Below, piece after piece: positions 1 through 13,840 of a DNA stretch of 64,000 nucleotides (position 1 is its first letter; each line of letters opens with the position of its first letter). The notes beneath the pieces are model-generated. The model worked only from the letters and a program-made list of their open reading frames with translations, did no database searches and was not told the DNA's origin. Both the position numbers and the translations under genes were made by a program. The DNA is from Pecten maximus. Taxonomy: Eukaryota. The DNA lies in assembly GCF_902652985.1 (NCBI RefSeq), contig NC_047028.1, positions 17,422,001-17,486,000 on the forward strand, read 5' to 3'.

Positions 1-568
1 ATGTAACTTATTTAAAGATTGCAGTACTTGATGCTATATATGGAGGTCATAAAAGTGATATTAAGATCAAGAAGATATTGAGATTACACGATTTATCCAC
101 CAATCAAATGACTGGCAGCTAAGGCTTGCAGGAATTCCCATAATACATTAGCCGCTTACGACCATAAGCCTTCAAGAATTTCCTATTTCCTTGCAGAAAA
201 AACAAGACTTGCAAAGCACAGTTATTATTCAGGATTTTTAATTTTCAAATTTTCTTAAGTTCATTTCCTATTTTAGACTGATGATTTAAAGCAATAGGAT
301 TTTATGGAAATTAAACGTACTTAAATTCCAATAAATTAATCACAACTGCAAATTCATTTCCAGGTGTCAGAAGCTGACAGTGCTGAGTTCATCTTGTCTG
401 AGAAAAGAAGCTTATGAAGCAATCAGTCGAAAAAGGTAATGTGTGATTGTAAACAATAGCAATTAGCACATTTGGTTAACGGCAGTATGATCAAATTAAA
501 TCACGGACATGAAGTCATGCATTGGCTGCATGGTGAATCATGTGCGAATACTGCAGCAGTAGCCCTGT

Positions 569-825
569 GGTCGGGTGGCACAGTGGTAACACACATAAGC
601 TTGACTTTCACCTAGGCAGTCGAGGTTCGATCTCCTGATCGGACGTGAAAAGGTATATGAGGACACCTGCCCGACAACATGGGTTTTCCACAGATACTTC
701 AGATTCCTAGCCATATTGAGACCTCTCGAGCACTTCCATCCGTTCAACAAAATTGATTAATATAAGTTAACATGACTTGCTTTTGTCACAATTATTATAA
801 AATATATAAAGTTTACGTTTTAAAA
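569..825 (+). mobile_element. tRNA-derived SINE, degenerate V-domain type
   Basis: A box GTGGCACAGTGG, B box GGTTCGATCTCC, degenerate V-like core ATGGGTTTTCCACAGATACTTCAGATTCCT. A related copy lies at 47574. TGCAGCAGT occurs on both sides (552-560, 833-841). Confidence 0.75.
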
Positions 826-876
826 TACTTCATGCAGCAGTCTAACTTAATGTTAAGAGACTATAGTACTAGTTTT

Positions 877-3057
877 TTATGGTAAAACAAACTCTGTATT
901 TAAAGGTAATTTGACATTATAAGACTTCATGGTAAACCAATCTCTGTATTTAAAGGTAATTTGACATTATAAGACTTTATGGTAAACCAATCTCTGTATT
1001 TAAAGGTAATTTGACATTATAAGACTTAATGGTAAACCAATCTCTGTATTTAAAGGTAATTTGACATTATAAGACTTTATGGTAAACCAATCTCTGTATT
1101 TAAAGGTAATTTGACATTATAAGACTTTATGGTAAACCAATCTCTGTATTTAAAGGTAATTTGACATTATAAGACTTTATGGTAAACCAATCTCTGTATT
1201 TAAAGGTAATTTGACATTATAAGACTTTATGGTAAACCAATCTCTGTATTTAAAGGTAATTTGACATTATAAGACTTAATGGTAAACCAATCTGTATTTA
1301 AAGGTAATTTGACATTATAAGACTTAATGGTAAACCAATCTCTGTATTTAAAGGTAATTTGACATTATAAGACTTTATGGTAAACCAATCTCTATTTAAA
1401 GGTAATTTGACATTATAAGACTTTATGGTAAACCAATCTCTGTATTTAAAGGTAATTTGACATTATAAGACTTTATGGTAAACCAATCTCTGTATTTAAA
1501 GGTAATTTGACATTATAAGACTTTATGGTAAACCAATCTCTGTATTTAAAGGTAATTTGACATTATAAGACTTTATGGTAAACCAATCTGTATTTAAAGG
1601 TAATTTGACATTATAAGACTTAATGGTAAACCAATCTCTGTATTTAAAGGTAATTTGACATTATAAGACTTTATGGTAAACCAATCTCTGTATTTAAAGG
1701 TAATTTGACATTATAAGACTTTATGGTAAACCAATCTCTGTATTTAAAGGTAATTTGACATTATAAGACTTTATGGTAAACCAATCTCTGTATTTAAAGG
1801 TAATTTGACATTATAAGACTTTATGGTAAACCAATCTGTATTTAAAGGTAATTTGACATTATAAGACTTAATGGTAAACCAATCTCTGTATTTAAAGGTA
1901 ATTTGACATTATAAGACTTTATGGTAAACCAATCTCTGTATTTAAAGGTAATTTGACATTATAAGACTTTATGGTAAACCAATCTCTGTATTTAAAGGTA
2001 ATTTGACATTATAAGACTTTATGGTAAACCAATCTCTGTATTTAAAGGTAATTTGACATTATAAGACTTTATGGTAAACCAATCTGTATTTAAAGGTAAT
2101 TTGACATTATAAGACTTAATGGTAAACCAATCTCTGTATTTAAAGGTAATTTGACATTATAAGACTTTATGGTAAACCAATCTCTGTATTTAAAGGTAAT
2201 TTGACATTATAAGACTTTATGGTAAACCAATCTCTGTATTTAAAGGTAATTTGACATTATAAGACTTTATGGTAAACCAATCTCTGTATTAAAAGGTAAT
2301 TTGACATTATAAGACTTTATGGTAAACCAATCTGTATTTAAAGGTAATTTGACATTATAAGACTTAATGGTAAACCAATCTCTGTATTTAAAGGTAATTT
2401 GACATTATAAGACTTTATGGTAAACCAATCTCTATTTAAAGGTAATTTGACATTATAAGACTTTATGGTAAACCAATCTCTGTATTTAAAGGTAATTTGA
2501 CATTATAAGACTTTATGGTAAACCAATCTCTGTATTTAAAGGTAATTTGACATTATAAGACTTTATGGTAAACCAATCTATGTATTTAAAGGTAATTTGA
2601 CATTATAAGACTTTATGGTAAACCAATCTGTATTTAAAGGTAATTTGACATTATAAGACTTAATGGTAAACCAATCTCTGTATTTAAAGGTAATTTGACA
2701 TTATAAGACTTTATGGTAAACCAATCTCTGTATTTAAAGGTAATTTGACATTATAAGACTTTATGGTAAACCAATCTCTGTATTTAAAGGTAATTTGACA
2801 TTATAAGACTTTATGGTAAACCAATCTCTGTATTTAAAGGTAATTTGACATTATAAGACTTTATGGTAAACCAATCTGTATTTAAAGGTAATTTGACATT
2901 ATAAGACTTAATGGTAAACCAATCTCTGTATTTAAAGGTAATTTGACATTATAAGACTTTATGGTAAACCAATCTCTGTATTTAAAGGTAATTTGACATT
3001 ATAAGACTTTATGGTAAACCAATCTCTGTATTTAAAGGTAATTTGACATTATAAGAC
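877..3057. repeat. 50-bp minisatellite, ~44 copies, with higher-order structure
   Basis: Unit ATGGTAAACCAATCTCTGTATTTAAAGGTAATTTGACATTATAAGACTTT. Confidence 0.98.
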
Positions 3058-4190
3058 CTCACTAAGTTACTTCCTTAAGATACCACACAGCAGTATATAT
3101 CTTGCAATAAGGCCATGTCTTGTAATTTATAAGCCCAACCTTTTCCATCCCCCTTCAGTATAACATGAGGCCTGTCATCTGAAGATGAAGACTCAAGTAC
3201 TAGTGTAGGACTTAAAACTAACAACACTTGATCAGAACCATGTCAGGATCATAAAAGCAAAATTTCATTGGTGGAATTTGATAAAAAGTTTGACATATGA
3301 AAAGTTACAACAGACTATGCACAACTATACATATAAAACACAAAAGCAAAATATATTTACGTCACCTGAACAAAAATTGAAGTGGTATTAAGAGAATCAA
3401 TGATTTCAATATATATTTGAAATTAAAGTTCAAATGTACTAATCTAAATTGGAGCTAATTAGTACTAGTAGTATCAACTAATGTTAAAGCAACACCTCGC
3501 GGGTATTCTACACCTGTGCCAATGTCGGCCATGTTATAATCAATGGTGCTGAAGACTTGACATGAGTACAATCCATACTGTCAGCAGAGCTTTGGGATAT
3601 CATTAGTACATTACATATAAAGTCAAAATATTAACTGTCCTGTTTATAGGTTTTATTGACTGTGCTGGTTAATTGGTAAATACACCTATCGACTAAAACT
3701 AGTACTACTGCAGCTGCCTGGACCTAAATTGAGCCGCTAGGCACAGATCAAATATATGGTCATGTATAGTACCCTTAAACCAGGCTGAGTTTGATCTAAA
3801 ATTCGTTTAAGCCACATACTTGGACCAAGCCAAGTACACATTAACGTACACATAAACAATGCTTTTGGACTTATCATATATAGCCATACCCTTGATAAAG
3901 TTAAATTCACTAAAGCCAATGAACACGTATTTATTCCAGAATTTAACGACATTCTTTGGAAACTTATTGTCCCATAATTCTCGATGGATTGCAGATCTAG
4001 ACAAATTAATATTAAAGTGCATCAATTACATTTCCATTTCAAAGTCAAGCTTTTTCTTACATTTAACCTGTTACAGTGTTATCAAACTCCAAAATTATAT
4101 TTCACGATGTCAACGGGACCTATTGTTGTGATGTCATGATTATAATATAAGTACATGTGACTGTTCCCAACATGAAATATAGTTTGAAGA

Positions 4191-4387
4191 AACTAGAAAA
4201 TGTCTCTAAGACATAAATGCCCCTATACTGCCACTCGACACCCATGTTTAGTGAGGATCACATCAGCAGTTCCTGACATTAGCTAGTTACATTGCATCGG
4301 GACAGGACGGGACACGACGCGATGTCATGGGACAGACATGGGTAACACTATATGCTCCCCTCATTTCGTGGAGGGGCATAACAAAAA
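4191..4387. mobile_element. Helentron-associated non-autonomous element (HINE-like)
   Basis: AACTAGA start, internal GGACA/GACG microsatellite, terminal hairpin CCCCTC...GAGGGG followed by CATAACAAAAA. Confidence 0.5.
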
Positions 4388-4730
4388 CCAAATCACCAAT
4401 TTACTTTCAATGTTTAACTCAATATGTTCCATCGCATATTCAATTTGTACAAATAACTTCATAAATTGTTGCAAGTTACATGATTAATCATGTTATTTAA
4501 TATGGTAGTACAAACTTTTTTGACATAAAAAATGCACCTTATATATAGATGTCATAAAAAACAGAATTTAGTGATGATGTGTTCTTCACTAGTGGGAAAT
4601 ATGTGAGAATTATGATCTGATAACTTTTGTTTGGTAAGGTTATATAGAGAAAATGCAAAGCAAAAAAAATGTATCCAGTAATAAGCCAAGGGACCAATAT
4701 ATCTAGTTTGACTCTGAGTAGGGGTTTAAT

Positions 4731-4891
4731 TAAGGATTGAATAATGTTATGTTGAGGTGCATGGGGGTATAAACCTCAATAGGCCTTGAGACAAATTTTA
4801 TGAACTGCAAAGCAGTTCATGATAAATTTGTCTCAAGACCTATTGAGGTTTATACCCCCATACACCTCAACATAACTTTATTCAATCCTTA
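4731..4891. mobile_element. ~160-bp near-perfect palindrome, likely the end of a non-autonomous DNA element (Crypton-like)
   Basis: TAAGGATTGAATAA...GAACTGC-AAA-GCAGTTC...TTATTCAATCCTTA. Family assignment is tentative. Confidence 0.6.
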
Positions 4892-6121
4892 TATTTATAT
4901 TTTTTTATATTTTGTACAATATTTTGTCTTTGACAAAAAGGGACTTGTGCAAGTCTACCACAGAACTTACCGAAATGTACGTCATCACTCTTCGTCTACA
5001 TATGGTTAATACTTTTAGGATTTCTTTCGTAAACAAACTTAATAGCGAATTAAAACAAATATTAGTTTTAAAGGAATTTATTTCATATAAATATGATCAC
5101 TTTTGAAAAGGAATTAAAATAATATAGTCCAAGCTCGACAAATGTATTCCTACGCCGGACTTGATATAGTTCATTGAAAAATGACTCGAGTTAATTGTGG
5201 TAGGTTCATTGAGTCTGAATTGAGTGGAAATATAAATATTGCTTAATGAAGGAGAATATTAGATGTTTCAATTAATTGAAATTGACATCTGTGGGTTTAT
5301 TAACAGGCCTATATTGCTAAACAAAGCCTTTTTCTGAGGGCATTTTGGGGCCAACAACAGGCCCCATATTCTCAACAGCAATTATTTTATTATCATTGTC
5401 TTCATTGCAAAAATGCCCTTCCAAATTAGCGATAAAAAGTCCTGAAAAGCATACTTTTGTGTTGGATCATGCTAAATTCATGGAGGTAACATGTCCAGAC
5501 TGGCCCAAGTTTTCTAAGGACAAGTCCTTGGACCAGTCAGAGGTTACTATATCCTTTAACCAGAATGAGTTTACAAAACACAAGACATCAAAGTTTTACA
5601 GACTTTTTTAGGCTTTATAATGAAGGACATGTTAGCGGACTACTTCAGCAATTGAACTATAGATGGACATTAGGATTGAAGTGCTACATTAAAAAAAAAG
5701 ATGAAAAAAAAAAAGAACATTCCAAGATATTAAATTTGGAAATAGAAAACATAACTTTTAAATTTAATAAAATTGGTTAATTTCAGCTTTATTACTGTGT
5801 GGCAGGGTATGTAGGGAAGGTTATTATTACATTACACGACAATCAAACAGCATTTGTACCAGTACTTGTCAGGTAATTAACAGGATCTGTTAAGACTTTC
5901 AGTTGCTGCAAAGGCAAAGGATGCCATCAATTAAGGATATCTCATTGCCAAGGTCACTGTCATAAAAATATTTAGGGTCTTTTTCTTAAGTGTACAATAT
6001 AAATAAGGTTATGTGATAAAATTTTGAAGAATTATATAGCTCAGAAAAAACAGTAAAAAGTTCCACAGAAGAGGATAATTTGCCTGTATTTCCATCACAA
6101 CTTGAAATGTTCTCCCAAGAA

Positions 6122-6350
6122 TTTGTTTGTTTTGTTTGTTTTTGTTTAACGTCCTATTAACAGCCAGGGTCATTTAAGGACGTGCCAGGATTTGAAGGTG
6201 GAGGAAAGCCGGAGTACCCAGAGAAAAACCACCGGCCTACGGTCAGTACCTGGCAACTGCCCCACGTAGGTTTCGAACTCGCAACCCAGAGGTGGAGGGC
6301 TAGTGTTAAAGTGTCAGTACACCTTAACCACTTGGCCACCGCGGCCCTTG
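6122..6350 (-). mobile_element. Full-length tRNA-derived SINE with V-like domain and TSD
   Basis: Minus strand shows A box TGGCCAAGTGG, B box GAGTTCGAAACC, core GGTTTTTCTCTGGGTACTCCGGCTTTCCTCCACC and a (CAAA)n tail. 9-bp TSD TCCCAAGAA at 6113-6121 and 6351-6359. Confidence 0.88.
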
Positions 6351-6715
6351 TCCCAAGAAAGCATTTCAAACATACAGTAAAAACACGAATTTGCCGGACA
6401 GGACAGAATAAAATATTTGTTTTATTTTATGATTTCATTAGCTCTGTATTGCATACCTACAAAAGCCTGAAATCGTACGTGATTATGTTAGAGAGCAAAA
6501 TGTTTATTAATGTCGAAATCTTATGTAATATCAATGTAAATACCTCAAGATTACATAGGTAGGTAACCTCTAACAACCCCTCAAATCTCTCTAACCATGA
6601 GAATCAAGGTCACAATGGTATTGCATGGAATAAAACAATGGATTAATCAAGCATGAAACATGGGTCAGAATGCTGTATGGCTGACTGATGTTCCCCCCTC
6701 CCCCCATATCTATAC

Positions 6716-6784
6716 CTCAAGCAGAAGCCGGTCAAGCCACACATCCAACACTGGTTTTTCAGATAGGTGGACAGGTAGTGCCAT
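6716..6784 (-). CDS. Candidate alternative first coding exon of the DGK gene (MALPVHLSEKPVLDVWLDRLLLE)
   Basis: GGT-ATG-G start, 23 open codons, then a GAG|GTATAG donor in phase 0, the same phase as DGK exon 1. The GTATAG donor is also used by DOCK exon 11. It lies inside DGK intron 1 on the same strand. No transcript evidence. Confidence 0.5.
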
Positions 6785-8700
6785 ACCTTATACTCCAGTA
6801 AAAGGCATCAGACAGGTGGACAGGCAGTGTCATACCTTAATACTCCAGTAAAAGGTATCAGACAGGTGGACAGGCAGTGCCATACCTTAATACTCGAGTC
6901 AAAGTCATGAGACAGGTGGACAGGTAGTGTCATACCTTAATACTCCAGTCAGACATCAGACAGGTGGACAGGCAGTGTCATACCTTAATACTCCAGTCAA
7001 AGGTATCAGACAGGTGGACAGGCAGTGTCATACCTTAATAATCCAGTCAAAGACATCAGACAGGTGGACAGGCAGTGTCATACCTTAATAATCCAGTCAA
7101 AGACATCAGACAGGTGGACAGGCAGTGTCATACCTTAATACTCGAGTCAAAGGTATCAGACAGGTGGACAGGCAGTGTCATACCTTAATACTCCAGTCAA
7201 AGGTATCAGACAGGTGGACAGGCAGTGTCATACCTTAATAATCCAGTCAAAGACATCAGACAGGTGGACAGGTAGTGTCATACCTTAATACTCCAGTCAA
7301 AGACATCAGACAGGTGGACAGGTAGTGTCATACCTTAATACTCCAGTCAAAGACATCAGACAGGTGGACAGGTAGTGTCATACCTTAATACTCCAGTCAA
7401 AGACATCAGACAGGTGGACAGGTAGTGTCATACCTTAATACTCCAGTCAAAGACATCAGACAGGTGGACAGGCAGTGTCATACCTTAATACTCCAGTAAA
7501 GACATCAGACAGGTGGACAGGCAGTGTCATACCTTAATACTCCAGTCAAAGACATCAGACAGGTGGACAGGCAGTGTCATACCTTAATACTCCAGTCAAA
7601 GACATCAGACAGGTGGACAGGCAGTGTCATACCTTAATACTCCAGTCAAAGACATCAGACAGGTGGACAGGTAGTGTCATACCTTAATACTCCAGTCAAA
7701 GACATCAGACAGGTGGACAGGTAGTGTCATACCTTAATACTCCAGTAAAGACATCAGACAGGTGGACAGGCAGTCCCATACCTTAATACTCCAGTCAAAG
7801 ACATCAGACAGGTGGACAGGCAGTGTCATACCTTAATACTCCAGTCAAAGTCATCAGACAGGTGGACAGGCAGTGTCATACCTTAATACTCCAGTCAAAG
7901 ACATCAGACAGGTGGACAGGCAGTGTCATACCTTAATACTCCAGTCAAAGACATCAGACAGGTGGACAGGTAGTGTCATACCTTAATACTCCAGTCAGAC
8001 ATCAGACAGGTGGACAGGTAGTGTCATACCTTAATACTCCAGTCAAAGACATCAGACAGGTGGACAGGTAGTGTCATACCTTAATACTCCAGTCATAGGC
8101 ATCAGACAGGTGGACAGGCAGTGTCATACCTTAATACTCCAGTCAAAGACATCAGACAGGTGGACAGGCAGTGTCATACCTTAATACTCCAGTCAAAGGT
8201 ATCAGACAGGTGGACAGGCAGTGTCATACCTTAATACTCCAGTCAAAGGTATCAGACAGGTGGACAGGCAGTGTCATACCTTAATACTCCAGTCAAAGTC
8301 ATCAGACAGGTGGACAGGTAGTGTCATACCTTAATACTCGAGTCAAAGTCATCAGACAGGTGGACAGGTAGTGTCATACCTTAATACTCCAGTCAAAGGT
8401 ATCAGACAGGTGGACAGGTAGTGTCATACCTTAATACTCCAGTCAAAGACATCAGACAGGTGGACAGGCAGTGTCATACCTTAATACTCCAGTCAAAGGT
8501 ATCAGACAGGTGGACAGGCAGTGTCATACCTTAATACTCCAGTCAAAGGTATCAGACAGGTGGACAGGCAGTGTCATACCTTAATACTCCAGTCAGACAT
8601 CAGACAGGTGGACAGGCAGTGTCATACCTTAATACTCCAGTCAAAGGTATCAGACAGGTGGACAGGTAGTGTCCATACCTTAATACTCCAGTCAAGGGCA
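6760..8700. repeat. 50-bp minisatellite, ~39 copies
   Basis: Unit ATCAGACAGGTGGACAGGCAGTGTCATACCTTAATACTCCAGTCAAAGAC. Confidence 0.98.
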
Positions 8701-11700
8701 TACAAAGATGAGAAAAGTGAACAGCAAGGTAACGAAACAATTGTTGTATCGAGCTGCTAGGCCTAGCTTAGTTGTTGATGGTGGGCAGTGCATTCATTGT
8801 TTTTTTTTTATTTTGCAAACTGGAGACATTTCTGTGAAATATTTCTCAAAGTACAGTAAAAAGACACTTGTGTTGTGACGTTTAATTTGACCCATTGAAA
8901 TTTAGAAATTTTACAAAGCTTTATATATTGATTGATCCACAGTATTTATCCTTTTCTGATTTTGAGGTAACTAAATGATCATACATATGACTACTGACCT
9001 GTTAGTGTTGTTGAAATTGGATCACACGAAGTGTGGAAATTTCTAGGTAGTGAAATCAGATACGGATGGAAAGACAAACTGTCATATTTTTGTTAGAAGT
9101 AGGCAATTTATTGGTAGCTAGTTTTATTATTATAGATTAGTACAAGCAAAGATTAGTGTCATAGTTAGTGTGTAAGCTTGTAAGCAAGACTGTCAACAGT
9201 AGTATTACCTACCACCTTGCATGCACCAGTCTGTAAAATACCGCAATAACGGAAATAAATAATAATGTTGCATATATATATACAAAATGATAATAGTAAA
9301 ATCAAAGCATGCAGATAAATTCACGATAAATAAACACATGCATATTCATATAATGAATATTCATATCAAAATACATGAATATTCATAACAAATAAAAAAG
9401 ATAACATGTTATAATTAAAAATATCATGCATATATTCATTATCAACAAAAAAATGTAAAACAACACAAAATCTGAAATCATAACAGAACTTCAAAAGCAC
9501 AACATAAGCTTGCTAAGTTATCGATTGATCCGTACATGTGTCGATCTAGTATAAACTGAGGAACAGCTTAGATTTAGGGTTTAATTTCTGAAGGTATGTC
9601 AATATCTATGTTTTGTTTTTAAGTGTTTAATAACCTCCAGGGCCAGGGCCACATGTTATGACAGAGCTGTAAAATATACCAAATATATATATGCAGAAGG
9701 GTCTAGGACTTTTCTATCATAATTAGATAATTATCTCCCCCTTTTAAGCAACATTTAACACATGTCAAACAATACATAATGAAGTACTAAACACTGGCTA
9801 ATTATTGTGAGCAGATTTAGGCTAGTTACGGTTTAAAATAGCCTGAAAATTATTAGTTGTACCATATAATTGCACAGATGGTATAATTACGTTCAGAATT
9901 ACATTATTAATCATTTCTTACAATTATATATCAATCACCATTTCCAGAACTCATGTACTCACTACACTGTTACATATTTATCCAGAAATAACACCACGCT
10001 TGGTGATAAGCCCATCCATATCAACTAAGGTTTTTTCATTTCCCTGCCATAATTAATAAGTATATATTCCCCATTCGACTTATTCCCCTAGGGCTTTTTC
10101 TAAGGGCCTTTTTTTCTTAAATTCAAATGTGTAGTGATTTTCAAGGTTCTATTTTTGGATGAATCTATCTAGATCTCAATTCAACTAATTTAAGTTTCAA
10201 AATGATAATACATGTTATGTTTATCTCTTTTGTATTGTTCTTTTGAAGACCCTAATGATCAAATTTCTGTAGAATGTTATACTTCTAATCTCAAGATAAT
10301 TTTCTGTTTTTCCCTCTAAGTCTAATCAAATGACTTAAAAAAACCTGTACAAATCACTATGACAATTGATAAATTTTGACAACAAAAAGGTCTGCTTCGC
10401 ATTTCCGTAAATAGACTCACCCCTAAAATTTTGTGCGTATATGTTTATGGCAATTTCTAAGAAAGCACTGTTAAGTCACTATAAATACTTTTGTATAACC
10501 CTTAATGAAAGTAACACTTACACGATGTATACCTTATTTTGCAAACAATTAACTAGAAACACACATGTAATTTGTTTTTGGTCTGAAGATGTTCTGAGCA
10601 AAGATTTCACTTGACCTTGACATTTATCTTTGCACTTGACCTTGACCTTTATCAAGGCATCATAAGTGATACAAATTCCCTCTGACACATTCAAAGTATA
10701 CAGGGCATCCAGTAGGATTAAAATCTCAAAATCCTGAGAGTCAAAATATGAAATTCTCAAACTTGACGGTTAATCGTTTCCGAATGTAAGCTGATAAAAG
10801 CGTCTTTTTTTTAACATTATATTTAATTAAAAATTCAAAAGAACTTAGTTCATCTTAATTTATTATCCAATTGTTGTTTATATTAAATAAATAAAAGTGT
10901 TTTAAAAAATTGAACTTTTCTTTTAATTATCTATTTTTGTTTGAATAAAGCAGAATTAAAACACAATTTTTTTTTTTTTATTTAATTTAATCACTGAAAT
11001 AAATTTCTTGTAAAGCTTTTAACAAATAAACTTGTATCACAGTTTTCTTGCTGAAATTATGTTTAAATGTGTTACAATGGTTAAGCATAATTTATAAAAC
11101 CATCTTTTTTCTTTTTTTTTAAATCTGCTCAGCCTCTAGAGGTTATTTTTGTATGCAAATCATGTTTTCATATTTGCCGCCAAAATATAACAGGAATGAT
11201 TTACGCTTCCCACCCTGTCAAATGCACTGCAGAGGTCATGTATATGTAAGGTTATTCAGGTTAACAACAAAATGGCTGCCGCCTGTGTTGGCATGATGCA
11301 AACTAGGCCTGCTTACGATCTCATTCTTGTTATGTACATGATTGAAAGTTATCACAAACATATGTTACATTAATTTGTTGGGATGGAAATCTACTATAGC
11401 TTACTTATTTCAATTATTAAAATGTGATTGCTTAGAATAAAGTACAGATCGGCCTCTACAGGTAGGTACAGTGGATACTTCACCTGTGCCCCAATTTGGC
11501 AATCGGCAGCGACTGTTGGATTAGTCACAGTTGAGTGGCTCTTTTAATTGACTCCTAGGGGTATTCTACTAATTAGTGTCACTGACCATAGCAAATATAC
11601 CCTTTGTTGAGCCTGGGTATTGGACAACACATAGACTAATGACAGTGGTGGTCAAAATGTGAAGCGTCAGATTGACGCACGGCATGCAAAAGTCGTGCGT

Positions 11701-12764
11701 CAAATTAAATTTTGCTGCGTCATTGACCCGAGGTCTCGGGTTAATGGATGCCCTGGTATACCCTACAAAATATCCTGACATAAGCCCAGAGGCAAGCTCA
11801 CCCACGGTATTCTTATACTTCACCTATAGTTTTATCAAAATCTGCTTCAAAATGAAGTCACTAGAGCTGGGAAGAAGTTTTCTACAAATAGTAACAGTGG
11901 CCTTGTCATTGATTTTGACCTTGCACCCTGAAACATTAGCTCATTCGAGGTACACATATTTTACCTGCAAATGAAGTTTAATCAAAATCCATTCAAAATG
12001 AAGTCGCTAGAGTGCTGACAAGAGGAGAAGGTAAGTATGCACGCACATGTTTGTATACCCTCCCTGACTCTGTTGAGAGGCGATAATATTTTTTAAAGTT
12101 AAATCATAATTTTTTTCTGATACTTAACATATGTTGAATTGTTGGCTTTGAGCATGACATTTAACAATTTCATAAGTCAAATCGCAAGTTTTTAATTATC
12201 TGACAAGTTAAAACAAATTCCTCCTTTTTGCAATACAGAGTTATCTGCTCTTGTGAGGGTATTGTTTGTTAAATCAATAGATTGAATGAAAAAAAAAAAA
12301 GTTTCTCACAAATTAATTTTTACTCTCACAAACAAATGATGTAACAATCAATTCCTGCTTTCATCAAAATCTGTCCAAGCCTTCAGGACTAGTAGCTATT
12401 TAAATGAAATGTTGACGACGATGGACAGAACAACAGATGCTGCGTCTTGGCATGATATTAATTTCAAATGAAATGGCTAAGGTGCCTCAGTTGCAGTGAT
12501 CACTAACGCACTGATAGTACAATGCTGTCATGATGATCCAGTGCAATCAAATATAAATGTAGAACATTGGGTTCGAGATGCACTCCGACAACAAGGGATG
12601 ATGACTGTTGGAATATAGGTGTTTTCCACCGATATGACACTGGTTTTCCCCAGTGGGTTTTCTTCAAACGATCAATTCAAAACAACATTTGTTCCCTTAG
12701 ATGATGTGTAATAAAAGCTTTTCAGAGCTTATACTGATTGTTAATCTTGCAAACAACATTATAA

Positions 12765-13840
12765 GGGAGATAGTTAACTCATACCCATTCAAAGTCGTAC
12801 CCACAAACTCATACCCAAGTTTTTGCGAAGTCGTACCCGCAAAAACAGGCGAAATCGTACCCAAGTGAGGCGAACCCGTACCTTTCTATTTCAATTAAAA
12901 TAAAAAAGAATATTAAAGATTTTTCTATAGTCATAATGTTTTTATTGTTATCTATTTATCTATTCCAGCATGTATCTCGTTATTTGAGGTACATACATTC
13001 TATGTAGAAACATGCACTACACGTATGTACATGAAGGCAGTAAGCTTTTAATTTTTCAATACTATGATTTCAATCTGACAAAATGAACAACGACCAATTC
13101 TTGTTTTCTTTGTTGTCCTTTTTGGATACCGGCAAAAAGTACAGTAAATGGTGTGAGTGTAATGAACACACATGTCGTACATCTGAAACCGCATGGCCGC
13201 CGATGATGCTAATGCAGTGTAAACTAAAATAGCGCACTAGGAAGCCATTTTACGTAAAATGAACACAGGAAACACACATGAAATAATATTACCGCTGATT
13301 GTGTGAGTATAATGTACACAACTGTCGTGCGCACATTAAAATAAATAATAACCATACAAATAATAAGTTTCTTATTTCAGGTTTCAGATTTGAAAGTACG
13401 TAATTAACATATAAGGTATGTGGACATAGGAAACACAGAGAATGTCTTTATAGCTATCAAAAATGGTTTTAGACAATGCAATAGATCTAAATTTTCTTTG
13501 TGTTATCGTGCCAGAAAGTGTAGGGGAAATCCGTAATATTTTAAATTGCCATCATAACATAATATTTCCTATACAAAAAAAATTCTGAGTATAAGGGACA
13601 TTCCATAAGAAAATGATTTTCGTTTTCAATTTGAGTACAGAAATTACAATAACGCATTTCTGGAGGTATTGGAATCAGGCAATGCCATCGTCAATTTCAT
13701 TTGAATTATTTTTTTAAGATAGGTATGAGTTCACCAATTTATTTGGGTACGAGTCCGCCACTTTTAGGTATGACTCCACCACTTTTGGGTACGAGTTTGT
13801 TTGGGAACGGGTTGGAAAGAGTACGAGTAAGCCATAATTC
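12765..13840. mobile_element. Non-autonomous DNA transposon with subterminal repeats and 8-bp TSD (Zisupton-like, tentative)
   Basis: Left end has arrays of (AA)CTCGTACCC variants and right end has inverted GGGTACGAGT copies. CATTATAA flanks both sides (12757-12764, 13841-13848). Confidence 0.7.

Noticed and set aside
569-650. tRNA gene calls for SINE heads (also 6270-6347 and 47574)
   Set aside because: A and B boxes are present but there is no closed cloverleaf, and they are followed by SINE body, tail or TSD.
6157-6562. 70-aa and 126-aa ORFs
   Set aside because: They overlap a SINE and are typical spurious SINE translations.
877-8700. CRISPR-like appearance of the regular 50-bp arrays
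   Set aside because: Units are contiguous with no unique spacers, the context is a eukaryotic intron and there are no cas genes.
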